Part shown: positions 47,917-57,211 of the stretch, in pieces
Position numbering within the stretch: position 1 is the first letter of the stretch
Layout of the letters: each line of letters opens with the position of its first letter
Virus record (IMG/VR): IMGVR_UViG_3300025769_000090
Coordinates: 1 to 64,000 of that record
Source of the DNA: a virus
Reading direction: 5' to 3' (one strand)
DNA length: 64,000 bases
Position numbers and translations under genes: made by a program
The notes under the pieces: model-generated
What the model was told of the DNA's origin: nothing
Database searches by the model: none
What the model saw: only the letters and a program-made list of their open reading frames with translations

Positions 47917-47938
47917 GGCCAAAAACAATTAAATCAAA

Positions 47939-48970
47939 ATGGCTAAAGAAATTTTAAAAGAGGCTATTGCCGACGCAAAAGCCGTTAGAGAAGTTGCTTT
48001 AGAAAATGCTAAAATGGCATTAGAAGAAGCATTCGACTCTAAAATCAAAAACATGCTTTCTGCTAAATTAGCAGAGGAGCTTGAAGAAGACGTCGAACTC
48101 GAAGAAGAGTACATTGAGGAGGAAGCGGAAGCTACCGACGAAATGTACGGTTCTAAAAAGCGCATGATGCAAGACGACGACGACGATGTTAAAAAAGAGG
48201 AAGTTGAGCTCGAAGAAGAACTCGAAGAAGACCTCGATGAAGAAATCAACCTTGATGAACTCATGGCTGAACTTGAAGAAATGTCTATATACGATGAAGA
48301 TGAAGATGGAGACATGAAAAAAGAAGAAGCTGAGTTAGAAGAGGGAGAAGACCAACTCGAAGAAGAAGCGGAGCCGGTCGATGAAAATGTAAAGGATGCT
48401 ATGGATGCCATTAAAAAAGCAGCCAAAGAAGCAGGCAAAACCGTTACTGATTACCTATTAGGTAAAAAATTCATTGATTCTGGTATCACTACTACTAAGA
48501 GAGAGTCTGTTGATTTCGACATTGATTCTTTGGTTTCTGAAATTGAATCTGAACTAGAAGAAGGTAAGAAAAAAGATGAAAAAAAAGACGATGAGGATAA
48601 AAAGATGAAAGAAGACCTTAATGAGGCTCTCGAAACTGTTGATTCTCTTAAGTCTACTATTTCTGAAATGAACCTTCTCAACAGCAAACTCCTCTACTGC
48701 AACAAACTCTTCAGAGCTAACTCACTAACAGAAGCTCAGAAAGTAAAGGTGGTTGACGCCTTGGACAAAGCATCTACAGCAGGTGAAGCTAAATTGGTAT
48801 TTGAAACACTTCAAGAATCATTTGACTTTACTGGTGTAGAAAAAAGAGCGATTAAGGAAGGTTTAGCACGTGCTTCAAAGCCCGTCGGAACTGCTCCTAA
48901 AAATGTTATAACGGAATCCGTTGACGAGACAGTGTCAAGATTCCAAAAACTTGCAAACATTAACAAATAA
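47939..48970 (+). CDS. Prohead scaffold protein (gp22-like)
   Basis: Highly acidic coiled coil directly before the capsid gene; many LEE/LDE/LNE sites; C-term RFQKLANINK. Confidence 0.8.
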   Translation: MAKEILKEAIADAKAVREVALENAKMALEEAFDSKIKNMLSAKLAEELEEDVELEEEYIEEEAEATDEMYGSKKRMMQDDDDDVKKEEVELEEELEEDLDEEINLDELMAELEEMSIYDEDEDGDMKKEEAELEEGEDQLEEEAEPVDENVKDAMDAIKKAAKEAGKTVTDYLLGKKFIDSGITTTKRESVDFDIDSLVSEIESELEEGKKKDEKKDDEDKKMKEDLNEALETVDSLKSTISEMNLLNSKLLYCNKLFRANSLTEAQKVKVVDALDKASTAGEAKLVFETLQESFDFTGVEKRAIKEGLARASKPVGTAPKNVITESVDETVSRFQKLANINK

Positions 48971-48981
48971 TTTTAGAAAAC

Positions 48982-50679
48982 ATGAATGTTAACTCATTAT
49001 TAGAGGGCGCTTCACCACTTCAACACCAACAAGCTGAATCAGTTAAGTTGGCAGGTAAGTGGGAAAAGTCCGGTCTCTTAGAGGGTCTTAATGCCCACGA
49101 GAGCGAAAAAGCTAACATGGCTGTTCTCCTCGAGAACCAAGCCAGACAGTTAGTAAACGAAGCTAACCAGGTTGGTACTGTTACTAGCATTACTACTGGT
49201 CAAAGTGAAGCATGGGCGGGCGTTGCTCTCCCATTGGTAAGAAGAGTATTCGGTGAAATCGTTGCTAAGGACCTCGTGTCTGTTCAACCAATGAACTTAC
49301 CTTCAGGTCTCATCTTCTACCTAGATTTCCAATATGGTCAAGCTCAGCCTGGATTTGCTGAAAACGATAGCCTTTCAGCTGCGTCTACTGACAAGACTAA
49401 AACAGAATTACCATCGGTAGGACAAGGTAAAGGTCTTTACGGTGCAGGTAGATTCGGTTACTCAATTAACGAAGTAGATTCTGCTGCCCTTGCAATTACA
49501 GGTGGTCTTGCGGGTGACAATACACTTACTGGTGTAGGCACACTTGTTGCTGCAGGTACAGCTTCTTTTGCCCCATTAACTGCTGCTGATTCAGCATCTG
49601 TAAACTTTGATACTGAATTTATTAATTCTGTTGCATTAACTACTATTGACCAAATTAGAGTTCACAAAGACTCTCTTACTGACTTTGATCCTGAGGGTAT
49701 TAGAGCATTTGAGGTATTAAATGGTACTGCAAACGTAACCGTTTATAACCAATTTACTGCTTTTGACGGTACTTACATTGATTTCTTTGTTGATAACAGT
49801 GATGGTACTTTAGATTTTGATGATAAAGACGCTGATCTTGTTATTAGATACCAAAAAGGTCCAGATAACCTCAACGACAGAGGTGATTTCCAAGACGAAA
49901 CAGCTCCAGCAGCAAGCACAGTATCTGCTCTTGATATCCCAACTATCGATGTTAAACTCAACAGTTCAACTGTTACAGCGAAAACTCGTAAGTTAAAGGC
50001 TCAGTGGACACCAGAATTCGCTCAGGATTTGAATGCTTACCATAGCATTGATGCTGAAGCGGAATTAACGTCTATCCTTTCTGAGTACATCTCAATGGAA
50101 ATTGACCTCGAATTACTCGACATGTTGATTAGAAACGCTGATACTACTAACCACTGGAGTGCTAAGGTTGGTAAAGAAGTTCTTGACACAGGTGCTGAAA
50201 CTACTACTAGTGACCAGTACTACACTAAGATGTCTTGGTTCCAGACTTTGGGTGTTAAACTCCAGTCTGTTAGCAACACTATTCACCAGAAGACCCTTAG
50301 AGGCGGTGCAAACTTCCTCGTTGTTTCTCCAACTGTAAGCACAGTCTTAGAATCTATTCCTGGATTTGCTGCTGACTCACCCGGTGATTCTAACAAGTAC
50401 GCAATGGGTGTTCAAAAGATTGGTGCTATTAACTCACGTTACACTGTCTACAAGAACCCATACATGACTGAAAACGTAATCTTAATGGGCTATAAGGGTA
50501 ACCAGTTCCTCGAAACAGGTGCTGTATTTGCTCCATACATCCCATTAATCATGACTCCCCTCGTGTACGATCCTGTATCGTTCACCCCAAGAAAGGGTAT
50601 CATGACTCGTTACGCTAAGAAAATGGTAAGACCTGACTTCTATGGTAAGGTATTCTGCCACGATTTGAACTTAGTCTAA
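48982..50679 (+). CDS. gp23: Major capsid protein (T4 gp23-like)
   Basis: LLENQ; LPLVRR; VSVQPMNLPSGLIFYL; TAKTRKLKAQWTPEFAQDLNAYH; FAPYIPL; SFTPRKGIMTRY. Confidence 0.97.
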   Translation: MNVNSLLEGASPLQHQQAESVKLAGKWEKSGLLEGLNAHESEKANMAVLLENQARQLVNEANQVGTVTSITTGQSEAWAGVALPLVRRVFGEIVAKDLVSVQPMNLPSGLIFYLDFQYGQAQPGFAENDSLSAASTDKTKTELPSVGQGKGLYGAGRFGYSINEVDSAALAITGGLAGDNTLTGVGTLVAAGTASFAPLTAADSASVNFDTEFINSVALTTIDQIRVHKDSLTDFDPEGIRAFEVLNGTANVTVYNQFTAFDGTYIDFFVDNSDGTLDFDDKDADLVIRYQKGPDNLNDRGDFQDETAPAASTVSALDIPTIDVKLNSSTVTAKTRKLKAQWTPEFAQDLNAYHSIDAEAELTSILSEYISMEIDLELLDMLIRNADTTNHWSAKVGKEVLDTGAETTTSDQYYTKMSWFQTLGVKLQSVSNTIHQKTLRGGANFLVVSPTVSTVLESIPGFAADSPGDSNKYAMGVQKIGAINSRYTVYKNPYMTENVILMGYKGNQFLETGAVFAPYIPLIMTPLVYDPVSFTPRKGIMTRYAKKMVRPDFYGKVFCHDLNLV

Positions 50680-50703
50680 TCGAGCTGATTAATATTCTAT
50701 AGG

Positions 50704-50731
50704 AAAGGGCCGCAATTTGCGGCCCTTTTTT
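50704..50731 (+). terminator. Rho-independent terminator after the capsid gene
   Basis: AAAGGGCCGC-AATTT-GCGGCCCTTT followed by a T-run. Confidence 0.9.
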
Positions 50732-50768
50732 ATATTTATAATCAACAAACGTTTTTAAACCATTCATA

Positions 50769-51434
50769 ATGGCTAAACAAAATATCGAAAAAACCCCACC
50801 TAAGGGTAATATTAGGTTTTCAATATCCTTATCAGAAGAACAAAAAGCTGCTAAAACTGAAATTTTAAAACACCCTTTTAATTTTGTAGTAGGTAAAGCA
50901 GGTAGTGGTAAAACATTATTAGCTGTACAAGTAGCTTTAGATCAAGTATTTAAACGACAATTTAATAAAATTATTATTACAAGGCCTACTATTTCAACTG
51001 AAGATAATGGATTTCTTCCGGGATCCGAACGTGAAAAAATGGAACCGTGGTTAGTACCTATTCGTTCTAATATGCGAAAAGTTTATAATAAACCTGACAT
51101 TTTAGAAAAAATGGAAAAAGAAGAAAAAATTGAACTTGTATCACTTGCTCATTTTAGAGGTAGAACATTTGATAACGCTGTAGTAATAGTAGATGAATAT
51201 CAAAATCTAACTAAATCTCAATTAGCTATGTGTATAGGTAGATTAGGTAAAGATAGTAAAATGGTATTTTGTGGTGATTCTTATCAAATTGATTTAAGAG
51301 ATAAACAACATTCTGCTTACCATGACATGGCAAAATTAGCTAACTCAGAATTTGTATTTAAAACTGTATTAACAGATTCACACAGACATGCAGCTATTGA
51401 TGATTTATTAGAACTTTTAAATGGTTACCATTAA
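50769..51434 (+). CDS. phoH: PhoH-like ATPase
   Basis: GKAGSGKT; GFLPG; FRGRTF; VDEYQN; RLG; GDSYQIDL; HRH; preceded by TATTTATA at 50733. Confidence 0.93.
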   Translation: MAKQNIEKTPPKGNIRFSISLSEEQKAAKTEILKHPFNFVVGKAGSGKTLLAVQVALDQVFKRQFNKIIITRPTISTEDNGFLPGSEREKMEPWLVPIRSNMRKVYNKPDILEKMEKEEKIELVSLAHFRGRTFDNAVVIVDEYQNLTKSQLAMCIGRLGKDSKMVFCGDSYQIDLRDKQHSAYHDMAKLANSEFVFKTVLTDSHRHAAIDDLLELLNGYH

Positions 51435-51473
51435 GTGATTTTTTAATATATTTATAACCAAATACTAATATTT

Positions 51474-52628
51474 ATGGCAACTATTTCTATTTGGCCCGGC
51501 TCCGCTTCATTTAATGATACTACAAATCCAACCCCTTTTGGTTTTTATGACGCCGATAGTGATTTTACTTCTTCGGCTGATCAAGTAGCAACTTGGTGTG
51601 CTCAAAGATTAGGGTATCCTATAGTAGATATTGAACTACAAGCAGTAAACTTTTTTACAGCTTTTGAGGAAGCTGTAACTACATATGCCCAATATGTCTA
51701 CCAATATAAAATTATAGAAAATATTGGAACCTTTGAAGGATCTACTACAGGTAGTAATTTAAACGATCAATATGTACAACCTAACTTAGGCAACACCGTA
51801 GCTATTACTGAACAATATGGAACAGAGGCAGGTACTGGTGGAAATATAACATATAAAACTGGTAGTATTAATATAACTGCAGGTAAACAAAAATATTCTT
51901 TAGATAATTTATTTACTAATGTTAGTGAATCAGGCAATAATATAGAAATTAAAAAAATCTACCATTATGCACCTGCGGCAATTGTAAGGTACTTTGACCC
52001 ATATGCAGGTACAGGTACAGGTATACAATCGTTAATGGAAACATTTGGTTTTGGTAATTTTTCACCTGGCGTAAACTTTATGTTAATGCCTACTTATTAT
52101 GATATATTAAAAGTTCAAGCTATTGAATTTAATGATCAAATAAGAAAATCAGCATATAGTTTTGAATTATTAAATAATGACCAATTAAGAATCTTCCCTA
52201 TACCTAAAAGAAGCGAAACTTTATATTTTGACTATGTAGTTAAAAGTGATAGAAATAACCCTATTAGGAATACTGATACTGGTTTAGTTACTAATGTATC
52301 TAATGTTCCATATACTAATATAAGTTATACTACTATTAATACCCCGGGCAGGCAGTGGGTATTCCGTTATACGTTAGCATTAGCTAAAGAGATGTTAGCT
52401 AGTGTAAGAGGTAAATATTCAACAGTTCCTATTCCTGGTTCTGAAGTAACTACTAATGCTGGAGATTTAAGAAGTGAAGCAGCTTCTGAAAAAACTGCTC
52501 TTATTGACGAACTTAAATCAATGCTTGAAGAATCTTCAAGAGTTAAATACATGGAAAGAGACGCCCAAATAGCACAAAATGCTCAAGATACTTTTACTAA
52601 AGTACCCTATCCAATATATATCTACTAA
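51474..52628 (+). CDS. gp13: Neck protein (T4 gp13-like)
   Basis: RLGYPIVDIEL; WVFRYTLALAKEMLASVRGKY..VPIPG; preceded by TATTTATA at 51449. Confidence 0.8.
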   Translation: MATISIWPGSASFNDTTNPTPFGFYDADSDFTSSADQVATWCAQRLGYPIVDIELQAVNFFTAFEEAVTTYAQYVYQYKIIENIGTFEGSTTGSNLNDQYVQPNLGNTVAITEQYGTEAGTGGNITYKTGSINITAGKQKYSLDNLFTNVSESGNNIEIKKIYHYAPAAIVRYFDPYAGTGTGIQSLMETFGFGNFSPGVNFMLMPTYYDILKVQAIEFNDQIRKSAYSFELLNNDQLRIFPIPKRSETLYFDYVVKSDRNNPIRNTDTGLVTNVSNVPYTNISYTTINTPGRQWVFRYTLALAKEMLASVRGKYSTVPIPGSEVTTNAGDLRSEAASEKTALIDELKSMLEESSRVKYMERDAQIAQNAQDTFTKVPYPIYIY

Positions 52629-52984
52629 TGATTAAATTAAAAGACATATTAAACGAAGTTATTCAACTATATTCTGTTGATGTAGTGATAGTATCTGATA
52701 AGGATGCAAACTTCACTGATATATTAGATGGAATGAGGGCCACTAGAAAAGTTACTATCATTAATGCTAACACTTCAGATGAATTAGAACTAAAAAACCG
52801 AAAAAGAACAGATGGGAAAGCAGTAAGAACAGCTACGTTAAAATTTGCATCAGGAAAAGATCCAAAACAAGATTTAGAATTTTTAAAAACTACTATGTTA
52901 AGTAGTGATAAAGGTGATCCTGAAATGAGGATTAAAGGGTTACAAGCAATAATTTTTAAACCCGAATCCTTAACTCGACTCTAA
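52628..52984 (+). CDS. Hypothetical protein with MIKLKDILNE leader
   Basis: Leader shared with 32635. Confidence 0.65.
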   Translation: MIKLKDILNEVIQLYSVDVVIVSDKDANFTDILDGMRATRKVTIINANTSDELELKNRKRTDGKAVRTATLKFASGKDPKQDLEFLKTTMLSSDKGDPEMRIKGLQAIIFKPESLTRL

Positions 52985-53541
52985 TGCCATTATTCGGAGG
53001 AAGTAGAGATATATCATTGTTTAGGACAATGAATAAAGAACTGATTAATGATATTATTCAGACAGAGGTAGGCTTTTATAAATTTGTATTAGAAGATTCA
53101 AGAACTAATGTTTATGGTGAATCAAAAAATAAGGTTTATTATGAACCTATGTTAATTCCTTGCCTAATAAATAGAGACGATCAAAACTGGAGTGAAACTG
53201 ATTTTGGGCCCGATATTACTCAACAAATGACATTTTCTTTTTTACGAGCAACTTTAGTAGAAAAAAACTTAGTCCCTGAGGTAGGCGATATAGTATTATA
53301 TAATAATGATTATTTTGAATTTAATAGCATAATTGAAAACCAATTTTTTACAGGTAAAAATCCTGATTATTCTATGAGTGAAGATACTGATGATTTTGGT
53401 GTATCACTATCATTAATTTGTAGAGGTTCTAAATCAAGAATAGAAGTACTTAAAACAGTACCCCTTAGATCGGGAATATATCCTACTACTGTTAAAGTGG
53501 AAAAAACTAATGCTAATCCTAGAAATCAATTATACAGCTAA
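52984..53541 (+). CDS. Neck/head-closure protein (T4 gp14-like)
   Basis: NVYGE...FG...F...PEVGDIVLY...FE; position after the gp13-like gene. Confidence 0.65.
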   Translation: MPLFGGSRDISLFRTMNKELINDIIQTEVGFYKFVLEDSRTNVYGESKNKVYYEPMLIPCLINRDDQNWSETDFGPDITQQMTFSFLRATLVEKNLVPEVGDIVLYNNDYFEFNSIIENQFFTGKNPDYSMSEDTDDFGVSLSLICRGSKSRIEVLKTVPLRSGIYPTTVKVEKTNANPRNQLYS

Positions 53542-54419
53542 TGGATAGAATTAGGAAAAAACCCCGTGTAGCAAGACAATATGAGCTCTCACAGGCTCAT
53601 ATTGAGGCTAACTCTATAGATCAAGGGGGTCTTCCTGATATGCCCGCAGTTGGATTAGCCCCTGATAATAGAGCCCATGTTAATAGGGGTAAAGAACTTA
53701 GTTCTAATAATGATGATAAATCTACCTCTGATTTTTACTGGGGATTAGAAGGCATTGATGAAGCTATATTTTATTACTTTAATAAAATTATTAAACCTAA
53801 TGTTACTTTAAATGAAAACGTAACAGATATTCCTGTGATGTATGGTTTAGGAGAAAGATGGAAAATGGTTCAAAGAAAAGGCGTTCATAGAGATAAAAAT
53901 GGTAAAATTCAAGCTCCTTTAATTATGCTAAAGCGAGAAAGTATTGAAAAACGCAGGGACTTAGGAAACAAGCTTGATGCTAATAACCCGCAATTACATG
54001 TAATGTATCAGGAAAAGTATACTAAAAGAAACCAATATGATAATTTTGCCTTACTTACAAATCGTGTCCCTAAAAAAGAATATACAGCTACTGTAGTACC
54101 TGATTATATTAATTTAAATTATAGAGGTATTATATGGACTAATTATGTATCTAACCTTAATAAAGTTATTGAAGCAATCAATTATGCCTCTGATTCATAT
54201 TGGGGTGATCCTGAACGTTTTAAGTTTATGGCTATGATTGATCAATTTTCTAACATCATAGAATTAAACCCAGAAGATAATAGAATAATTAAAGCCGATT
54301 TTACAATAAAATTACAAGGTTATATTATACCTGAAAATATACAAAAAGAATTAAAAAAACAAAGTTCTAAAATATTTGGAGTATCTGCAGTCACTGTTAA
54401 AACTAGTTTAGATGGCTAA
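53541..54419 (+). CDS. Tail completion/terminator protein (gp15-like), paralog 1
   Basis: IPVMYG..ERW...PLIML.R...VPDY.NLNY...W...NKVIE. Confidence 0.65.
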   Translation: MDRIRKKPRVARQYELSQAHIEANSIDQGGLPDMPAVGLAPDNRAHVNRGKELSSNNDDKSTSDFYWGLEGIDEAIFYYFNKIIKPNVTLNENVTDIPVMYGLGERWKMVQRKGVHRDKNGKIQAPLIMLKRESIEKRRDLGNKLDANNPQLHVMYQEKYTKRNQYDNFALLTNRVPKKEYTATVVPDYINLNYRGIIWTNYVSNLNKVIEAINYASDSYWGDPERFKFMAMIDQFSNIIELNPEDNRIIKADFTIKLQGYIIPENIQKELKKQSSKIFGVSAVTVKTSLDG

Positions 54420-55641
54420 TAATAGAATAACTAAAAAACCAAAAGTAGCTAGACAACGTCAATTATCTCAAGCCCATATTGAGAATAATTCAATTGACCA
54501 AGGGGGACTCCCTAACATGCCTAGTGAAGGTTTAATCCCAGATGACAGTTTAAACAGAGGAAATAAAATATCTAATAATGGAAGTAAATCTGCTAATTTA
54601 AACTTAGGCTTAGAGGCCATAGACGAAGCTATATTTTATTACTTTGAAAATGTGATTAAGCCTAATGTTATATCAAACGGTGACATGATAGATGTACCCG
54701 TTATATATGGATCTGGTGAAAGATGGAATTTAGCTCAAAAAGATGGATTTTATAGAGATAAAAATGGTAAAATCCAAACACCTTTAGTTATGGTTAGGAG
54801 AACTAACCTTGAAAAACGCCGTGATTTAGGAAATAAGTTAGATGCTAATGATCCTAAGTTACATGTAACTTTTAAGGAAAAATATACTAAAAGAAACCAA
54901 TACGATAATTTTAGTATTTTAAATAATAGAATTCCACAAAAAGAATTTTTAGCTAACGTAGTCCCTGATTATGTTATATTAACGTATGAAGGGGTTATTT
55001 GGACAGATTATATATCTCAACTTAATAAAGTTATTGAAGCAGTAAATTATGCTTCAGACTCATATTGGGGTGATCCCGAACGTTTTAAATTTATGGCCCA
55101 GATCGATTCATTTAATAATATAAATGAACTTTCTGTAGAAGATGGTAGGATAGTAAAAGCCAATTTTAGCATAAAACTACAGGCATATATTATCCCTGAC
55201 AGTGTTCAAAAGAAAATTAAAGAAGAAAATTCTAGGTACTTTAGTAAAGCACAAGTAGTTTTAAATCAAGCTACTACTGTTATAGAAGAACCTAGCAAAA
55301 GAGCTCAATCTCTACGATCTGTTAAAGGGGGAGTTGAAGGAGGTGGTAGAATAACTAATGTAAATACATCAGTTACTAATAATGAATTAGATAACGATTG
55401 GACTATTCAAGGAGACTTAATTGTTAACGCAGAAGATAGAGATGTCCAAATTAATAATGCCTCACTTACAGTAGATATAGGATCTCAAGATGAAGATGTT
55501 TTTTTAATAAAAACTAATGGTAGTACTAAATTAAAAGTTAATTCAGACGGTATATTAGTTTTTTCAGAATTTAATGATTTCCCCTCAGTAGTAGAGGGAG
55601 GATTAATATATATAAATAACGAATTATATTTTGGGTTATAA
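54412..55641 (+). CDS. Tail completion/terminator protein (gp15-like), paralog 2 with C-terminal extension
   Basis: Highly similar to the previous gene (KRRDLGNKLDAN, EKYTKRNQYDNF, NYASDSYWGDPERFKFMA); extra beta-rich tail. Confidence 0.65.
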   Translation: MANNRITKKPKVARQRQLSQAHIENNSIDQGGLPNMPSEGLIPDDSLNRGNKISNNGSKSANLNLGLEAIDEAIFYYFENVIKPNVISNGDMIDVPVIYGSGERWNLAQKDGFYRDKNGKIQTPLVMVRRTNLEKRRDLGNKLDANDPKLHVTFKEKYTKRNQYDNFSILNNRIPQKEFLANVVPDYVILTYEGVIWTDYISQLNKVIEAVNYASDSYWGDPERFKFMAQIDSFNNINELSVEDGRIVKANFSIKLQAYIIPDSVQKKIKEENSRYFSKAQVVLNQATTVIEEPSKRAQSLRSVKGGVEGGGRITNVNTSVTNNELDNDWTIQGDLIVNAEDRDVQINNASLTVDIGSQDEDVFLIKTNGSTKLKVNSDGILVFSEFNDFPSVVEGGLIYINNELYFGL

Positions 55642-55655
55642 AAAAATAATTAAAC

Positions 55656-55883
55656 ATGGCTTCATTACAAGACTTAAAAAATAAGATACTAAATCCTTCT
55701 TACCAACCACCTCCTAAAAAATCATCATTACCTCCTAAAAAAGATTCACTTTTATTAGAAGTAGAAGAAGCTAGATATTTATTATCGTTAATTGCTAATA
55801 CTGATTTTTCAGGAAAAGATATTCAAATTGTATATAACACTGCTTTGAAACTTCAAGAAATAATTAAAGAAAATATAGATTAA
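55656..55883 (+). CDS. Small protein, possible tail-fibre chaperone
   Basis: LEVEE...IANTDFSGKD; paralog at 61995. Confidence 0.6.
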   Translation: MASLQDLKNKILNPSYQPPPKKSSLPPKKDSLLLEVEEARYLLSLIANTDFSGKDIQIVYNTALKLQEIIKENID

Positions 55884-55887
55884 TATA

Positions 55888-57180
55888 ATGGCCGATTTTA
55901 CAGATAGATTTTCGGGGAAGCAATATAGAGTTGCTACTTTTCTTGACCTTTCAGCTTCATTTGCTGCTGCCAGTGATAATAAAATAGACGGTAGAATTCA
56001 TGAAGAATTTGAAGGAAAAGAGGCTATAGCAAAACTTCCTTTTAGAATTAAACAAGGAGACCAAGCCAAATTTTTTCCAGGATTACAAGATGGAACTAGT
56101 GATGGGGGAATTGAAACCGGTTCTGCTATCCACCCTATTAGAGATACCGAAAGAAAAATTATATATGTTCCTATTAAAAAGAAAAATTACCAAAAAAATC
56201 TTATAGGAGTAGGTTCACACATTTCATCAACATTTTCTTCAAATGCTTACTTACAGGTTAGTGCATCATTCGCACAAAAATTTTCGGGTATTAGTGATGA
56301 TACAATAATTACATACTGCGTTGAAGAATTTTACAGCTCACCTAGTGCTAGTAGAGCATCAGCTTTTGTAGGACAATTAACTGCTTCTTATGATATAAAA
56401 GCAAGCGGTTCAACTACAGCATCATTTTCCGCTATCCATAGTGAAAGTTATAACCGTAATTTTGAATTCAGTTTCCCTACTGAAAATTTTATAACCCACT
56501 GGTCATTTAGATTTGCTGATGGAGCCTTCCCGGCATTTGTAACATCACAATACAGTTCATCTGTATTTCTTCCCTCAACCTTTGTAAGGTTTGATGGTTC
56601 TGGTACAAACACATCTTCTTTTGGTCTTACTGATAATCAATTTATTGAGCCAAGTTCTGGTTCTCAAATAGCAAGAGGTATGACTAGAAACATCAATGGA
56701 ACCAATACAGATGATGGCACATATACTCAATATGTTTTTAAAGGAATATTAAAAGGAGATGCAGACTCAGGTAGCTTATATGGTGATACTCAATTTATTG
56801 GAAACAATCAACTTATAATTTATCCCCCAACAACACCCGCTAATATAGCTAGCGCAAGTTTCCAATATCATGCTAGTGTTAGAAGAGCAGCTACTGGTTC
56901 ATCTACAATTAAAACATTATATTTTTATTCGGGAAGTGGTGCTTCTTCACTTGCAGATTCAGACTATGGATTTTTCGTTACAGGAGGTATTCCCACGATC
57001 CCGGGTAATTGTCATAGTACTCCCCTACACTCGGATGCTGCTTTAAGGTTTGGTGCTGATACTGGTTTTTATAGCCCATCAGGATCACAATATTCATCTT
57101 CAATTTTTGCAACCACAGCAAGTGGGGTAACAAGTGGTAAAGGTCCCTTATTTGGCCAACTATATGAAACAGGAAATTAA
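55888..57180 (+). CDS. Ser-rich virion (tail-associated) protein
   Basis: Dense SGS/SAS/TAS/TGS motifs; located in the fibre block. Confidence 0.6.
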   Translation: MADFTDRFSGKQYRVATFLDLSASFAAASDNKIDGRIHEEFEGKEAIAKLPFRIKQGDQAKFFPGLQDGTSDGGIETGSAIHPIRDTERKIIYVPIKKKNYQKNLIGVGSHISSTFSSNAYLQVSASFAQKFSGISDDTIITYCVEEFYSSPSASRASAFVGQLTASYDIKASGSTTASFSAIHSESYNRNFEFSFPTENFITHWSFRFADGAFPAFVTSQYSSSVFLPSTFVRFDGSGTNTSSFGLTDNQFIEPSSGSQIARGMTRNINGTNTDDGTYTQYVFKGILKGDADSGSLYGDTQFIGNNQLIIYPPTTPANIASASFQYHASVRRAATGSSTIKTLYFYSGSGASSLADSDYGFFVTGGIPTIPGNCHSTPLHSDAALRFGADTGFYSPSGSQYSSSIFATTASGVTSGKGPLFGQLYETGN

Positions 57181-57211
57181 TAAAACTATAACACAACAAA
57201 ATACATAAGAT

